Assembly (NCBI GenBank): GCA_913045195.1
Contig: CAJWQR010000003.1
Span: forward strand, 187-64,186
Direction: 5' to 3'
Length of the DNA stretch: 64,000 nucleotides
Origin: an uncultured Legionellales bacterium
Lineage (GTDB): Bacteria; Pseudomonadota; Gammaproteobacteria; Eutrophobiales; Eutrophobiaceae
Below, piece after piece: positions 40,297-52,726 of this stretch. How positions within the stretch are numbered: the first letter of the stretch is position 1; every line of letters begins with the position of its first letter. The notes under the pieces were generated by a model, which saw only the letters and a program-made list of their open reading frames with translations, did no database searches and had not been told where the DNA came from. A program made the position numbers and the translations under genes.

Positions 40297-41400
40297 TTAT
40301 TTCGCCATTATCTTCTCAAGCTCTTTAATAAACTTGATATTTTCGTGTTCTAACCCAATACTAATACGCAGATGATTAGGCATACCATAATCAGATACGG
40401 GGCGCACAATAATGCCTACTTCTAATAAAGTCGCATAAATTTGAGTTGCAGGCTTTTCAAAATTTACACATATAAAATTACCTTTTGAAGGTATATATTC
40501 CAACCCCATACGATCAAAAGCTTGTGTTAACTGTCTCATTCCCGCTTGATTGAGTTCAACACTATTTTTTATATATTGTGTATCTTGTAATGCAATTTCA
40601 GCTGCAACTAGGGCAAGACCATTATTATTAAATGGCTGTCGTACTCGATTCAATAAGTTAGCTGTATCTGAATGAGATATTGAATAACCAATACGTAGGG
40701 CTGCCAAGCCATATGCTTTTGAAAAAGTACGAGTAACAATTAGATTATTAAAATCATTTACCCATAAACTACAATCGGGATATTGTTTTTCGCTTCTTGC
40801 ATATTCAAAATATGCTTCATCGACTAACACAATTACGTGTTCAGAAATTCTCTCAAGTAAATTTCTAAGATTTTGCTTATCAACCCAAGTTCCTGTTGGG
40901 TTATTTGGGTTTGCGATAAACATTAAACGAGTACTATCATTAACTGAAGCCAACATTGCGTCCAAATCATGTCCCCAACCATCTGCTGGAATCACTGCAT
41001 GCTTCGCGCCTACAGCCTGAGTAACTAGAGGATAAACTGCAAAAGAATGCTTCGAATAGATAACTTCATGCTTACTTGTAACAAACGCACGCGTGACCAT
41101 TTCGAGAATATCATTAGATCCATTACCTAATGTGATGTTGCTAACAGGAACATTATGTTTTTCCGCAAGCTTTTTCTTTAAATTAAAACCATCTCCATCT
41201 GGGTAACGTGATAAATCTTTCGTTGTGCTGATTGCTTCTAAAACATTCTTGCTAGGCCCTAAGGGATTTTCATTAGAAGCCAGCTTAATAACTTCGGCAA
41301 AGTTGAGCTCTCGTTGTAATTCTTCGATTGATTTTCCTGGGCGATAAGGTTTAAGGCCAGCAACACCTGGTGTAGCGAGTGAAAACAAATCACAAGACAT
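40297..41400 (-). CDS. hisC: histidinol-phosphate / aromatic aminotransferase (class II PLP aminotransferase)
   Basis: ASNENPLGPS, IVLVDEAYFEY and FSKAYGLAALRIGY are HisC family motifs. The position in the pheA-hisC-tyrA-aroA cluster suggests the aromatic (HisC2-type) role. Confidence 0.85.
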   Translation of the reverse strand: MSCDLFSLATPGVAGLKPYRPGKSIEELQRELNFAEVIKLASNENPLGPSKNVLEAISTTKDLSRYPDGDGFNLKKKLAEKHNVPVSNITLGNGSNDILEMVTRAFVTSKHEVIYSKHSFAVYPLVTQAVGAKHAVIPADGWGHDLDAMLASVNDSTRLMFIANPNNPTGTWVDKQNLRNLLERISEHVIVLVDEAYFEYARSEKQYPDCSLWVNDFNNLIVTRTFSKAYGLAALRIGYSISHSDTANLLNRVRQPFNNNGLALVAAEIALQDTQYIKNSVELNQAGMRQLTQAFDRMGLEYIPSKGNFICVNFEKPATQIYATLLEVGIIVRPVSDYGMPNHLRISIGLEHENIKFIKELEKIMAK

Positions 41401-41409
41401 AATACAATC

Positions 41410-42495
41410 CTATAAAACAGCTCTTGGATATGAGCCTAATAATCTAACCATTGCGGCATGCTCTTCTAGCTCACTTAATGCTTTTTTAACTGACTCATCT
41501 TCAGCATGCCCTTCAATATCAACAAAAAAAACGTAATCCCACATTTCACGTCTGGATGGTCTAGATTCGATACGAGTCATACTGACACTATTTTTTGCAA
41601 AACAACCTAACATTCTGTGTAGAACACCTGGTTTATTTGCTGCTGAAAAAATCAAAGAAGTCTTGTCATTCCCTGAATTTGGACACATTGTTCTGCCGAT
41701 AACTAAAAAACGTGTCGTATTATCAGGTTCATCCTCAATATTTGTTGCAAGCTTATTTAATCCATACAATTTACCAGCCGAATCACTAGCAATAGCAGCA
41801 GTATGTTTTTTATTACTAGCAATCTGGGCAGCTTCACCATTGCTGGCAACAGGTATACGTTCGGGTTTAAGTAAATATGTATCTAACCAACCACGGCATT
41901 GTGCTAAGGATTGTTGATGTGAGTAAATCTGTGTTAATTCGTCAAGCGTTTCATCCTTACTCAATAAATGGTGATGAATTCTTAATTCTACTTCACCACA
42001 AACCATTAAACTGGAGTGATTTAACATATCTAATGTGTGGTTAACAATACCTTCAATAGAATTTTCAATAGGTACAACCCCATAATGAGAAGCGTTAGAT
42101 TCAACTTCTCGAAATACTTGATCAATAGTGGCAAATGCTGTTGTATTAACAGAATGACCAAAATGTTTTAGTGCTGCCGATTGTGTAAATGTTCCTTCTG
42201 GCCCTAAATAAGCAATATCTAATACTTGTTCTAATGCCAGGCATGCCGACATAATTTCTCTGAATAATCTCGCCATCTCCTCCTCTGAAAGTGGGCCACT
42301 ATTATGCTCGATTACCTTTCTTAAAATCTGAGCTTCACGTTCCGGACGATAAAATTCAAAAACCTCTGATGAAGTTGTTTTAACCTTAGCGATTAATTGT
42401 GCTAAGCTCGCTCGTTCGCTAATAAGATCAAGCAGTTGCTTGTCCAAGGAATCAATATCGGTTCGTAATTTTTCTAGTTTCTTTTTTTCGCTCAT
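41410..42495 (-). CDS. pheA: bifunctional chorismate mutase / prephenate dehydratase (P-protein)
   Basis: N-terminal CM domain (LRTDIDSLDKQLLDLISERASLAQ), PDT domain with TRF/ESRP motifs and a C-terminal ACT domain. Confidence 0.9.
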   Translation of the reverse strand: MSEKKKLEKLRTDIDSLDKQLLDLISERASLAQLIAKVKTTSSEVFEFYRPEREAQILRKVIEHNSGPLSEEEMARLFREIMSACLALEQVLDIAYLGPEGTFTQSAALKHFGHSVNTTAFATIDQVFREVESNASHYGVVPIENSIEGIVNHTLDMLNHSSLMVCGEVELRIHHHLLSKDETLDELTQIYSHQQSLAQCRGWLDTYLLKPERIPVASNGEAAQIASNKKHTAAIASDSAGKLYGLNKLATNIEDEPDNTTRFLVIGRTMCPNSGNDKTSLIFSAANKPGVLHRMLGCFAKNSVSMTRIESRPSRREMWDYVFFVDIEGHAEDESVKKALSELEEHAAMVRLLGSYPRAVL

Positions 42496-42543
42496 AAGAA
42501 ATTAATTTTTCTTAAGAAAAAATTATAATATCAAGCATAACTC

Positions 42544-45087
42544 TTAATTATCACTATATTCAATAATAGGTTCGATACTAGCTAGTTGTTCTAGTTCACT
42601 AAGATTCACTAATCTAACGCCTTGGGTATTACGTCCAAATACAGAAATATCTTTCGCTGGTGTTCTAATCAATGTTCCTTGGTCGCTTATCAGCATGATT
42701 TCATCATCATTTTCGACAGCAACTGCGCTTACAACTAGGCCATTTCGTTTTGTTACCTGTATTGAGATCACCCCGACTCCACCTCGTGATTTTTGTGGGT
42801 AATCCTCAATATCTGTACGTTTACCATAACCGTTTTGGGTGGCAGTTAACACAGTAGTGTCTGCGCCTTTGACAATAATTAGTGAAATAGCATTTTGTCC
42901 TTTAGTTAGACGAATACCGCGTACACCCTTAGCTGTTCTACCCATTGACCGAACATGAGACTCAGGAAATCGAACAACCTTGCCAGCATCACTAAATAAC
43001 ATAATGTCACGCTTACCATCTGTCAGCTCGACGCCAATAAGCTTATTTCCGCCCACAAGTTCGATTGCACGGATACCGCTCGGTCTTGGGCGTGAAAATT
43101 CAATCAGCGAGGTTTTTTTAACAGTTCCATCGGCAGTTGCCATAAATACAAACATATCCTCGACATAATCTCTTATTGATAACACCGCATTAATTTGCTC
43201 ACCTTCTTCTAATGGTAACAAATTAATTATGGGTTTACCGCGAGCCGTACGGCTAGCTTGTGGTAGATCATATACTTTCAACCAGTAAAGTTTACCTCGA
43301 CTTGAAAAACATAATAATGTGTCGTGTGTACTCGCAATAAATAATTTATCAATAAAATCCTGATCTTTAACAGAAGTTGCTGTTTTACCTCTTCCTCCTC
43401 GACGTTGAGACCGGTAAGTATTGATCGGCTGTGATTTTGCATAACCCGCATGAGATAATGTAACAACAACATCTTCTTCTGTAATTAAATCTTCCATACT
43501 TAAATCTTTTTGTGTTTGAATGATCTCAGTTCTACGTTCATCGCCATAGCGATCTTGTATGTCACTTAATTCATCGCGTATAACTTTCATTAATCTTTCA
43601 GGTCTTGAAAGAATATCTAGTAAATCAGAAATTGTTTTTAACAAATTACTATACTCTTTAAGAATCTTATTTTTCTCAAGACCAGTTAATTTTTGTAAGC
43701 GTAATTCAAGAATTGCCTGGGCTTGCTCAGGAGATAATCGATATCCATCATCATGTAGCCCAAATTCATGCTGCAAATTATCAGGTCTTGAAATCTCTGA
43801 GCCGGCATCTTTTACCATTTCAACAACAGCACTTGATTCCCATATACCTTTAAGTAATTCCACTTTTGCATCTGCTGGGCTAGCTGATTTTTTAAGTAGT
43901 GCAATGACGGGATCAATATTTGCTAAAGCAACCGCCAAACCCTCTAAGATATGTGCACGAGCACGAGCCTTACGTAACTCAAAAATAGTTCTTCTTGTAA
44001 CAATCTCACGGCGATGGCTAATAAAAGCTTCAAGTAATTGTTTTAAATTTAAATTTGCTTGTGGTTTATTATCGACTAGGGCTACAGTGTTAACACTAAA
44101 AGCCGATTGCATTTGAGTAAATTTATATAGATTATTTAATATAACCTCGGCAACCTCGTTACGACGTAACTCAACTACAACTCGCATACCGTCTCTATCT
44201 GATTCATCACGTAGTTCACGTATTCCTGTAACTTTTTTATCTTTCACCAACTCAGCAATTTTTTCTAGTAATCGCGCCTTATTAACTTGATACGGAAGTT
44301 CAGTAATGACAATTTTATTTCCGGAATCGTGCTCTTCAATTTTACTTCTAGCACGTACCTCGATACGGCCGCGTCCTGTTTCATAAGCATCTTTAATTCC
44401 CGATGAACCATTAATTATTCCTGCTGTTGGAAAATCAGGTCCCGGAATATGCTTCATTAAATCCGAAATTTCGATCTCCGGTGTTTCAATTAAAGCTATG
44501 CATGCATTTATAACTTCCGATAAATTATGCGGCGGTATATTGGTTGCCATACCAACAGCAATACCACTTGAACCATTAATAAGTAGATTTGGAATGCGCG
44601 TCGGTAAAACAACCGGCTCATGTTCAGAGCCATCATAATTTGCTACAAATTCTACCGTTTCTTTATCAATATCTTCTAATATCTCATGGGCAATTCGTGA
44701 CATCCGAACTTCGGTATATCTCATAGCTGCTGGTGCATCACCATCAACAGAACCAAAATTACCTTGCCCATCTACAAGCATATATCTAAGAGAAAATGGT
44801 TGTGCCATTCGCACAATCGTATCGTAAACAGCAGTATCTCCATGAGGATGGTATTTACCAATAACATCACCAACAACACGTGCTGATTTTTTGTAAGCCT
44901 TATTCCAATCGTTACCCATTTCCTTCATGGCAAATAAAACTCTTCGATGGACAGGCTTAAGACCATCTCGGACATCAGGTAACGCGCGGCCGACGATAAC
45001 GCTCATGGCGTATTCCATGTAGGATTGCCGCATTTCGTCTTCTATATTGATAGGAGAAAGTGCTTTTGCGAAATCAGATTCTGGCAT
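42544..45087 (-). CDS. gyrA: DNA gyrase subunit A
   Basis: AAMRYTE active-site Tyr region. QRDR-like [30 protein letters not shown]-terminal beta-pinwheel repeats. Confidence 0.95.
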   Translation of the reverse strand: MPESDFAKALSPINIEDEMRQSYMEYAMSVIVGRALPDVRDGLKPVHRRVLFAMKEMGNDWNKAYKKSARVVGDVIGKYHPHGDTAVYDTIVRMAQPFSLRYMLVDGQGNFGSVDGDAPAAMRYTEVRMSRIAHEILEDIDKETVEFVANYDGSEHEPVVLPTRIPNLLINGSSGIAVGMATNIPPHNLSEVINACIALIETPEIEISDLMKHIPGPDFPTAGIINGSSGIKDAYETGRGRIEVRARSKIEEHDSGNKIVITELPYQVNKARLLEKIAELVKDKKVTGIRELRDESDRDGMRVVVELRRNEVAEVILNNLYKFTQMQSAFSVNTVALVDNKPQANLNLKQLLEAFISHRREIVTRRTIFELRKARARAHILEGLAVALANIDPVIALLKKSASPADAKVELLKGIWESSAVVEMVKDAGSEISRPDNLQHEFGLHDDGYRLSPEQAQAILELRLQKLTGLEKNKILKEYSNLLKTISDLLDILSRPERLMKVIRDELSDIQDRYGDERRTEIIQTQKDLSMEDLITEEDVVVTLSHAGYAKSQPINTYRSQRRGGRGKTATSVKDQDFIDKLFIASTHDTLLCFSSRGKLYWLKVYDLPQASRTARGKPIINLLPLEEGEQINAVLSIRDYVEDMFVFMATADGTVKKTSLIEFSRPRPSGIRAIELVGGNKLIGVELTDGKRDIMLFSDAGKVVRFPESHVRSMGRTAKGVRGIRLTKGQNAISLIIVKGADTTVLTATQNGYGKRTDIEDYPQKSRGGVGVISIQVTKRNGLVVSAVAVENDDEIMLISDQGTLIRTPAKDISVFGRNTQGVRLVNLSELEQLASIEPIIEYSDN

Positions 45088-45225
45088 AGATCATTTACTG
45101 AAAAGAGAACAAAAATCCTTATTTTTTAGTGATTTTTTAGTGATTCTAAAGAGATAAATTTTACCATAATATGGCTCTTTCCCCTACTAAATTCTTAGAT
45201 TTAACTAACTGATTTTAAAATAAGT

Positions 45226-46281
45226 TTAACCAAAAATTGCATGCATTTTTTTAGCGTTGGGTTCATGGATAATACCTTTTTCAGTAACGATATAATCAAT
45301 CAACGATGCAGGGGTAATGTCGAAAGCCGGATTTAGAATTTCAGTTTGATTTAAACTGGATTGGGTCTCTTGAAAATACATTACTTCCTCTGCTGGGCGG
45401 TTTTCAATAGGTATCTTTTTCCCTGAATTTATTTTCATATCAATTGTGGATGAAGGTGCCACTACCATAACTTTTACATTGTGATATTTTGCCGATACTA
45501 CATGTGAATAAGTCCCTATCTTATTAGCAATGTCGCCATTAGCTGTAATGCGATCAGAACCAACAATTAACCAAGAAATCTTTTTTGTCTGCATCAAATT
45601 AGATACAGCTGAGTCAATTAACAAACTTACAGGAATGTTATCCTGTTTTAATTCCCAGCTTGTTAGCCGAGCGCCTTGAAGCCATGGTCGGGTTTCGGAA
45701 GCATAGACTTTCTTAAGTAATCCTTTTTGGTAAGCTGTTCTTATCACTCCTAAAGCTGTGCCATATCCGCCTGTTGCTAAAGCGCCTGCATTGCAATGAG
45801 TTATAACTTCGCTATCCGGATCAATTAATTCTGCCCCAAGACGACCCATCTCATGATTAGCAGCAATATCATCATTGTGTATTTTAATCGCAAGGTCTAG
45901 TAGTTGGGTTTCAGGATCACCGTCAATCATATTAAATTGCTTACGCATCTTAGAAATCGCCCATTTTAAATTAATGGCAGTTGGCCTAGCTGCAACAAGT
46001 ACTCGAAGAATCTCTTCAATATCTTCACGCCAATTATCAGGAGAATTTTGATAAGCAGAATTTGCGGCAAGCACAACAGCATATGCTGCAGTAATCCCAA
46101 TTGCAGGAGCGCCCCGAACTACCATTTCTTTAATTGCATTAGCAACATCAAGCGCTGAACTATAATCAAGATAAACCACTTCATTTGGTAATTTTCTCTG
46201 ATCTAACAACTTCAACACTCCTGCATTCCATTTAACTGCAGTAAATGTTTCGATTTGCGGCTCTGATTCTTTGTTTTTCAA
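45226..46281 (-). CDS. mtnA: S-methyl-5-thioribose-1-phosphate isomerase (eIF-2B alpha/beta/delta-like)
   Basis: TRPWLQGARLTSWEL and VGSDRITANGDIANKIGTY are eIF2B-related MtnA motifs. Confidence 0.85.
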   Translation of the reverse strand: MKNKESEPQIETFTAVKWNAGVLKLLDQRKLPNEVVYLDYSSALDVANAIKEMVVRGAPAIGITAAYAVVLAANSAYQNSPDNWREDIEEILRVLVAARPTAINLKWAISKMRKQFNMIDGDPETQLLDLAIKIHNDDIAANHEMGRLGAELIDPDSEVITHCNAGALATGGYGTALGVIRTAYQKGLLKKVYASETRPWLQGARLTSWELKQDNIPVSLLIDSAVSNLMQTKKISWLIVGSDRITANGDIANKIGTYSHVVSAKYHNVKVMVVAPSSTIDMKINSGKKIPIENRPAEEVMYFQETQSSLNQTEILNPAFDITPASLIDYIVTEKGIIHEPNAKKMHAIFG

Positions 46282-46345
46282 TGGTGCTTTTTATAATTAA
46301 TGGATTATCATAAGTATTTAAGAATAATTAAATAATAATGTCAAA

Positions 46346-47671
46346 ATGAAGATTGATACCTTAATACATGCTAGATGGATTATACCTGTTGAGCCAGAAA
46401 ATACCGTCTATGAAAACTATGCTCTTGCTATTAAAAACGACAAAATAATAGCATTACTAAGCTCTGATGACGCTAGAAAAAAATTTACGTCAACAGAAGA
46501 ATTAGTTCTAGAACATCATGCTTTAATTCCTGGTCTAATTAATGCTCATACGCATGCTGCAATGTCGCTATTTCGAGGTATAGCCAATGACTTACCATTA
46601 ATGGATTGGTTAAATAATCATATATGGCCTGCTGAAAAAAAATGGATTGATCCTCAATTCGTCAAGGATGGAACTAAACTTGCGATCGCAGAAATGCTCC
46701 GTAGTGGAACAACTTGTTTCAATGATATGTACTTCTTTCCAGATAGCACTGCTGAAATTTGTGCAGGCGTTGGAATGCGCGCTATGATTGGTTTGATTAT
46801 AATTGATCTTCCTACTTTATGGGCAAACAGTAGCGACGAATATTTAGCTAAGGGTGAATACGTCCATGATTCTTTTAGGCATAATCCGCTTATCAGTACC
46901 GCATTTGCGCCTCATGCACCCTACACTGTCTCTGATGACTCATTAAAACGAATAGCGGTACTTGCTGAAGAACTTGATATTCAAATTCATATGCATATTC
47001 ATGAAACTAGTGATGAGATAAACCAAAGCATCAATCAATATGGAAAACGTCCACTTGATCGTCTATCAGAATTAGGATTATTAAGTTCGCGCTTAATCGC
47101 TGTACATATGACACAGTTAGAAAAGAATGAAATTGCTAAAGTAAGAAAACTTGGAGTTAGTATAGTTCACTGCCCAGAATCTAACTTAAAACTGGCAAGT
47201 GGTTTCTGTCCGGTTGGGGAATTACATGATAATAATATTAATGTTTGTATTGGAACGGATGGCGCAGCAAGTAATAATGACTTAGATATGCTTGGTGAAA
47301 TGCGCACAGCAACATTACTAGCTAAAGGTATTGCTAATGACTCTACTTGTAGTGATGTACACAAGACCTTGAAGATGGCCACGCTTAATGGCGCCAAAGC
47401 ACTAGGTTTAAGTGAGTCTATTGGCTCACTAAAAAAAGGGAAGCAAGCTGATATTGTAGCCCTAAATCTAAATCAATTAGAGACTACCCCGCTTTACGAA
47501 CCTCTCTCCCAAATTATTTATGCGAGTGATCGTCAACAAGTAAGTGACGTATGGATCGCTGGAAAAAGATTACTAAAAGATAAAAAATTAATAACTCTAA
47601 ACTCCGAGGAGTTAATAGAAAATGCTAAGTTATGGCAGGAAAAAATAAAAAATAATTATTCTAAAAATTAG
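46346..47671 (+). CDS. mtaD: amidohydrolase-family deaminase (5-methylthioadenosine/S-adenosylhomocysteine deaminase-like, TRZ/ATZ family)
   Basis: Metal-ligand motifs INAHTHAAMS, HIHETS and CIGTDGAASNNDLDM. Divergent neighbour of mtnA. Confidence 0.8.
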   Translation: MKIDTLIHARWIIPVEPENTVYENYALAIKNDKIIALLSSDDARKKFTSTEELVLEHHALIPGLINAHTHAAMSLFRGIANDLPLMDWLNNHIWPAEKKWIDPQFVKDGTKLAIAEMLRSGTTCFNDMYFFPDSTAEICAGVGMRAMIGLIIIDLPTLWANSSDEYLAKGEYVHDSFRHNPLISTAFAPHAPYTVSDDSLKRIAVLAEELDIQIHMHIHETSDEINQSINQYGKRPLDRLSELGLLSSRLIAVHMTQLEKNEIAKVRKLGVSIVHCPESNLKLASGFCPVGELHDNNINVCIGTDGAASNNDLDMLGEMRTATLLAKGIANDSTCSDVHKTLKMATLNGAKALGLSESIGSLKKGKQADIVALNLNQLETTPLYEPLSQIIYASDRQQVSDVWIAGKRLLKDKKLITLNSEELIENAKLWQEKIKNNYSKN

Positions 47672-47690
47672 TTTTATTTCAAAAGGAAAA

Positions 47691-48368
47691 CTATCTAAAT
47701 GTACTTTCAATAAGTGTATTGGAATATCTAATTTTTTCAGCAAGACTATTAGCAATAATATATCTTAATTTTTCGATAATAATTGGCTGCTTCTCTTGCA
47801 GATCATCAATATCATGCTTATTCCAAATTAATAACTTCACTTTTTCTTCTGGGCCTGTAAGAACATCTGCTGAAGTCACCTCCCCACGTAAAAAACTCAT
47901 CTCACCTAACCAAACCCTCTTTGTTAATCTAATCATCTTTCCTTTCTGAAGCCGTATAATTGGTGCGCCCTCAAGAACAAACAACAGATTTTCAAAAGCT
48001 TGATTAGCTACTATTAACTCTCCGGTACGCTCCTCTTCACCTGCCCGTTTATATAACAGTTTAAACTCCTTAGGTGATAAAAGATGAAATTCACTTTGGT
48101 AAAGATTATGTAATTCTTTTGGTAGATAACGAATCGAATTCTCATAAAAATACTGAGTTATTTTTAATCCATTAATGAGACTATTAGTAATACTAAGAAT
48201 TAATATGGCTGTCATACCTGGCTGATCAAGCCCGGTATATAGTGCTAAGAAAAAATAACCAATCTGAACTATAATAAGTGCTACGCGAATAAAGATTATT
48301 GATGAAGATAGATAACAGATTGTAATCGTCGTTGACAATACAAGCATTGCTATATCTGTAAAACTCAT
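47691..48368 (-). CDS. small inner-membrane protein with three TM helices fused to a cyclic-nucleotide-binding-like (Popeye-like) domain
   Basis: N-terminal ~75 aa forms three hydrophobic helices. The C-terminus, GELIVANQAFENLLFVLEGAPIIRLQKGKMIRLTKRVWLGEMSFLRGEVTSADVL, has the beta-roll spacing of a cNMP-binding fold. Confidence 0.6.
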   Translation of the reverse strand: MSFTDIAMLVLSTTITICYLSSSIIFIRVALIIVQIGYFFLALYTGLDQPGMTAILILSITNSLINGLKITQYFYENSIRYLPKELHNLYQSEFHLLSPKEFKLLYKRAGEEERTGELIVANQAFENLLFVLEGAPIIRLQKGKMIRLTKRVWLGEMSFLRGEVTSADVLTGPEEKVKLLIWNKHDIDDLQEKQPIIIEKLRYIIANSLAEKIRYSNTLIESTFR

Positions 48369-48422
48369 AATTTTTATTGCTCCAAGTAACGCCCTTAATT
48401 ACTTAATTTTAATATAATTTAC

Positions 48423-49049
48423 TTAGAAAATATTAGAGTACCCATTCCACCTATTTACAATCTCGCAGAATAGAATTGCAGTTTGTTCTGCATCATAACG
48501 TGCTGAATGTGCCTCCTTTTCGTTCCAGTCTAAACCAGCAGCTATTGCTGCGCGTGATAACACTGTTTGACCATAAGCAAGACCAGCTAATGTTGCTGTA
48601 TCAAAAGTACTAAATGGGTGAAAAGGATTGCGTTTAATATTATTTCTTTCTACACAAGCATTCAAAAAACTTAGGTCAAATGACGCATTATGTCCGACGA
48701 GTATAGCTCGGGTACATTCACTATCTTTTGTCTTTTTTCTTATTGTGCGAAATATTTCATTAAAAGCATCAGTTTCGCTAACTGCGATCTGCTTACGAAA
48801 TGGGTGTTCGGGGTCAATGCCAGTAAATTCCAGTGACGCGATGTCAAGATTAGCGCCTTCAAATGGCTTAATATATTTAGCTATAATTTCATCAATACAC
48901 CAGTGATTTTCCATATTAAGGGTTAATGTTACAGCGGCAATCTCTAATAAAGCATCTTTTGATGCATCAAATCCAGCTGTTTCTATATCAATTATAACAG
49001 GGAAAAAACCACGAAATCGTTTTGCAATAGTTTTCTTCGTATTACTCAT
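48423..49049 (-). CDS. rnt: ribonuclease T (DEDDh 3'-5' exoribonuclease)
   Basis: FFPVIIDIETAGFD (Exo I), ILVGHNASFDLSFL (Exo II), HSARYDAEQTA (Exo III). Confidence 0.9.
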   Translation of the reverse strand: MSNTKKTIAKRFRGFFPVIIDIETAGFDASKDALLEIAAVTLTLNMENHWCIDEIIAKYIKPFEGANLDIASLEFTGIDPEHPFRKQIAVSETDAFNEIFRTIRKKTKDSECTRAILVGHNASFDLSFLNACVERNNIKRNPFHPFSTFDTATLAGLAYGQTVLSRAAIAAGLDWNEKEAHSARYDAEQTAILFCEIVNRWNGYSNIF

Positions 49050-49054
49050 TTTAA

Positions 49055-50089
49055 TTAAAACTTAACTTGCCATGAGCAAGCATTGCCAGCACATAAAGGA
49101 ACTAATTTATCATCGCCAAAAGGTATCGCCTCTGGAATACGTGTTTCTTTTTTTACTAATGTAGTTTTTTCATGATTGCGATTAAGTCCATAAAAATCTG
49201 CCCCAAAAAAACTTGTAAATGGTTCAACTTTGTCTAATTTATTTTGGTTATCAAAAATTTCAACATAAAGTTCTAGAGCATTATAGGCGGAAAAAATACC
49301 TGCACATCCGCAGCCACTTTCCTTTTTTGAGCGCGAATGTGGTGCACTATCTGTTCCCAGAAAAAATTTAGAATTTCCACTAGTCGCGGCATCTAAAACT
49401 GCCAAACGATCATCCTCTTCTTTAAGTACAGGTAAACAATAATTATGTGGCTGGAATGATTCATTAAATAAATCATTTCGATTTAAAAGTATGTGTTGCG
49501 GGGTAATTGTTGCGGCAACATTACTACTTGCATTTAAAACAAAATCAACAGCTGCCTTAGTAGTAATATGTTCAAATACTATCTTCAATTCACAAAAGTC
49601 ATCAACTAATGGTTCTAAGACTTTCTCAATGAATACCTTTTCTCTATCAAAAATATTAACTTCTGAATCAGCAACCTCTCCATGTATCAATAGAGGTAAT
49701 TTGTTCTTCATCATTGCTTCTAAAACCGAATAAATTTTTTTAATATCTGTAACTCCACAATCAGAGTTTGTTGTTGCTCCTGCTGGATAATACTTTAGAG
49801 CCTTAATTGATTCCGTTTGTGCGGCAATATTTATTACATCAGGTAGCATATTATCAGTTAGATATAAAGTCATTAAAGGCTCAAAATTATATTTTTTATC
49901 GACGCTATCTAGAATACGTTCACGATAAGATAATGCCATATCTACGGTTGTAATCGCCGGTCTTAGATTTGGCATCACAATCGCTCTTGAAAATTGTGCT
50001 GCACTATAATTAACTATACTAGCCATAGCTGCTCCATCACGAAGATGAAGATGAAAGTCATCGGGCTTTGTTATGGTTAATGTCTGCAT
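49055..50089 (-). CDS. pyrC: dihydroorotase (class II, homodimeric type)
   Basis: DFHLHLRDG metal site. FLGTDSAPH. ~345 aa like E. coli PyrC. Confidence 0.9.
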   Translation of the reverse strand: MQTLTITKPDDFHLHLRDGAAMASIVNYSAAQFSRAIVMPNLRPAITTVDMALSYRERILDSVDKKYNFEPLMTLYLTDNMLPDVINIAAQTESIKALKYYPAGATTNSDCGVTDIKKIYSVLEAMMKNKLPLLIHGEVADSEVNIFDREKVFIEKVLEPLVDDFCELKIVFEHITTKAAVDFVLNASSNVAATITPQHILLNRNDLFNESFQPHNYCLPVLKEEDDRLAVLDAATSGNSKFFLGTDSAPHSRSKKESGCGCAGIFSAYNALELYVEIFDNQNKLDKVEPFTSFFGADFYGLNRNHEKTTLVKKETRIPEAIPFGDDKLVPLCAGNACSWQVKF

Positions 50090-50216
50090 AAATTTGGAGA
50101 ATTCATTAAATTTTCTTAAATAAAAGGTATCATATGCACCGTTATTTGTCCGCGACTATGTTTTTTTATTTAAAATATTACTAATATGCTCGAAAAAATA
50201 TTAAATAGGGGTAACT

Positions 50217-51257
50217 ATGAAATACAATAAACTTGGGCAAACAGGCATTGAAGTGAGTCAAATTTGCCTAGGAACTATGACTTGGGGAGAGCAAAATACT
50301 GAGAAAGAAGCGCATGAGCAATTAGATTATGCCATCGAAACTGGTATCAATTTTATTGACGTCGCGGAAATGTATCCCGTCCCGCCACGTGAGGAAACTT
50401 ATGGGCTTACTGAATCCTATGTTGGTAATTGGTTAAGCAAAAGAAAGGGCCGCGATAAAATAATACTTGCAACAAAAGTCAGTGCCAAAGCTGAATGGCT
50501 ACCATATATTCGTAATGGTCAGATAAAACTAGATAAAAAAAACATTGTACAAGCCTTAGATGATTCACTAAAACGCCTTAATACAGACTATATTGATCTT
50601 TATCAGATGCATTGGCCTGACCGTGATACCAATTTTTTTGGAAAATTAGCCTATTATCATGTGCCAGACAAAGATGGTGTGCCTATAGCTGAGACTCTAG
50701 CTGTACTTGTTGAACTCGTAGAGCAAGGAAAAATTCGAACAATTGGTATATCAAATGAAACCCCCTGGGGTTGTGCTGAGTACTTACGTGTATCAAGAAA
50801 AGAAGGGGTACCTAGAATTGTAAGTATTCAAAATCCATACAATTTATTAAATCGTACTTTTGAAATCGGTCTTTCAGAATTTTCACATCGTGAACAAATT
50901 AGCCTTCTCGCCTATTCTCCACTAGCATTTGGTGCGCTAAGTGGCAAATACTTGAATAATCAAAAACCTGAAGGTGCGCGTCTAACGCTTTTCGAGCGGT
51001 TCGACCGCTACCTTAACCCGAAGGCACAAAAAGCAACCGAATCTTATGTCAACCTTGCTAAGGAAAATGGTTTAGATCCGTCACAAATGGCACTATCTTA
51101 TGTTTCTAGCCGACCATTCTTAACCAGTAATATTATTGGGGCAACATCGATGGAACAATTAAAAACTGATATTGAAAGTATAAATATTGAACTTTCGAAA
51201 GAGATCATTAATCAAATCGAATGTATACACGAAAAAAATCCAAATCCCGCACCGTAA
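50217..51257 (+). CDS. NADP(H)-dependent aldo/keto reductase (Tas/YajO-like)
   Basis: LGTMTWGEQNTEKEAHEQLDYAIETGINFIDVAEMY and LYQMHWPD AKR signatures. 346 aa. Confidence 0.85.
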   Translation: MKYNKLGQTGIEVSQICLGTMTWGEQNTEKEAHEQLDYAIETGINFIDVAEMYPVPPREETYGLTESYVGNWLSKRKGRDKIILATKVSAKAEWLPYIRNGQIKLDKKNIVQALDDSLKRLNTDYIDLYQMHWPDRDTNFFGKLAYYHVPDKDGVPIAETLAVLVELVEQGKIRTIGISNETPWGCAEYLRVSRKEGVPRIVSIQNPYNLLNRTFEIGLSEFSHREQISLLAYSPLAFGALSGKYLNNQKPEGARLTLFERFDRYLNPKAQKATESYVNLAKENGLDPSQMALSYVSSRPFLTSNIIGATSMEQLKTDIESINIELSKEIINQIECIHEKNPNPAP

Positions 51258-51284
51258 ACGCAGTTTCTGAGATTCTATCTGCGT
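51258..51284 (+). terminator. weak stem-loop immediately after the aldo/keto reductase stop codon
   Basis: acgcag-N15-ctgcgt inverted repeat (6-bp stem) starting 1 nt after the TAA. No downstream U tract, so at best a leaky terminator. Confidence 0.25.
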
Positions 51285-51298
51285 CAATACATGTATAA

Positions 51299-52702
<1,404 letters not shown>

Positions 52703-52726
52703 ATAGATAATCTGGAAATAATAAAT

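Noticed and set aside
43559-44116. 185-aa plus-strand ORF inside gyrA
   Set aside because: Entirely antisense to the strongly supported gyrA CDS, low-complexity Ser/Leu-rich and without a family signature; a frame-shadow ORF.
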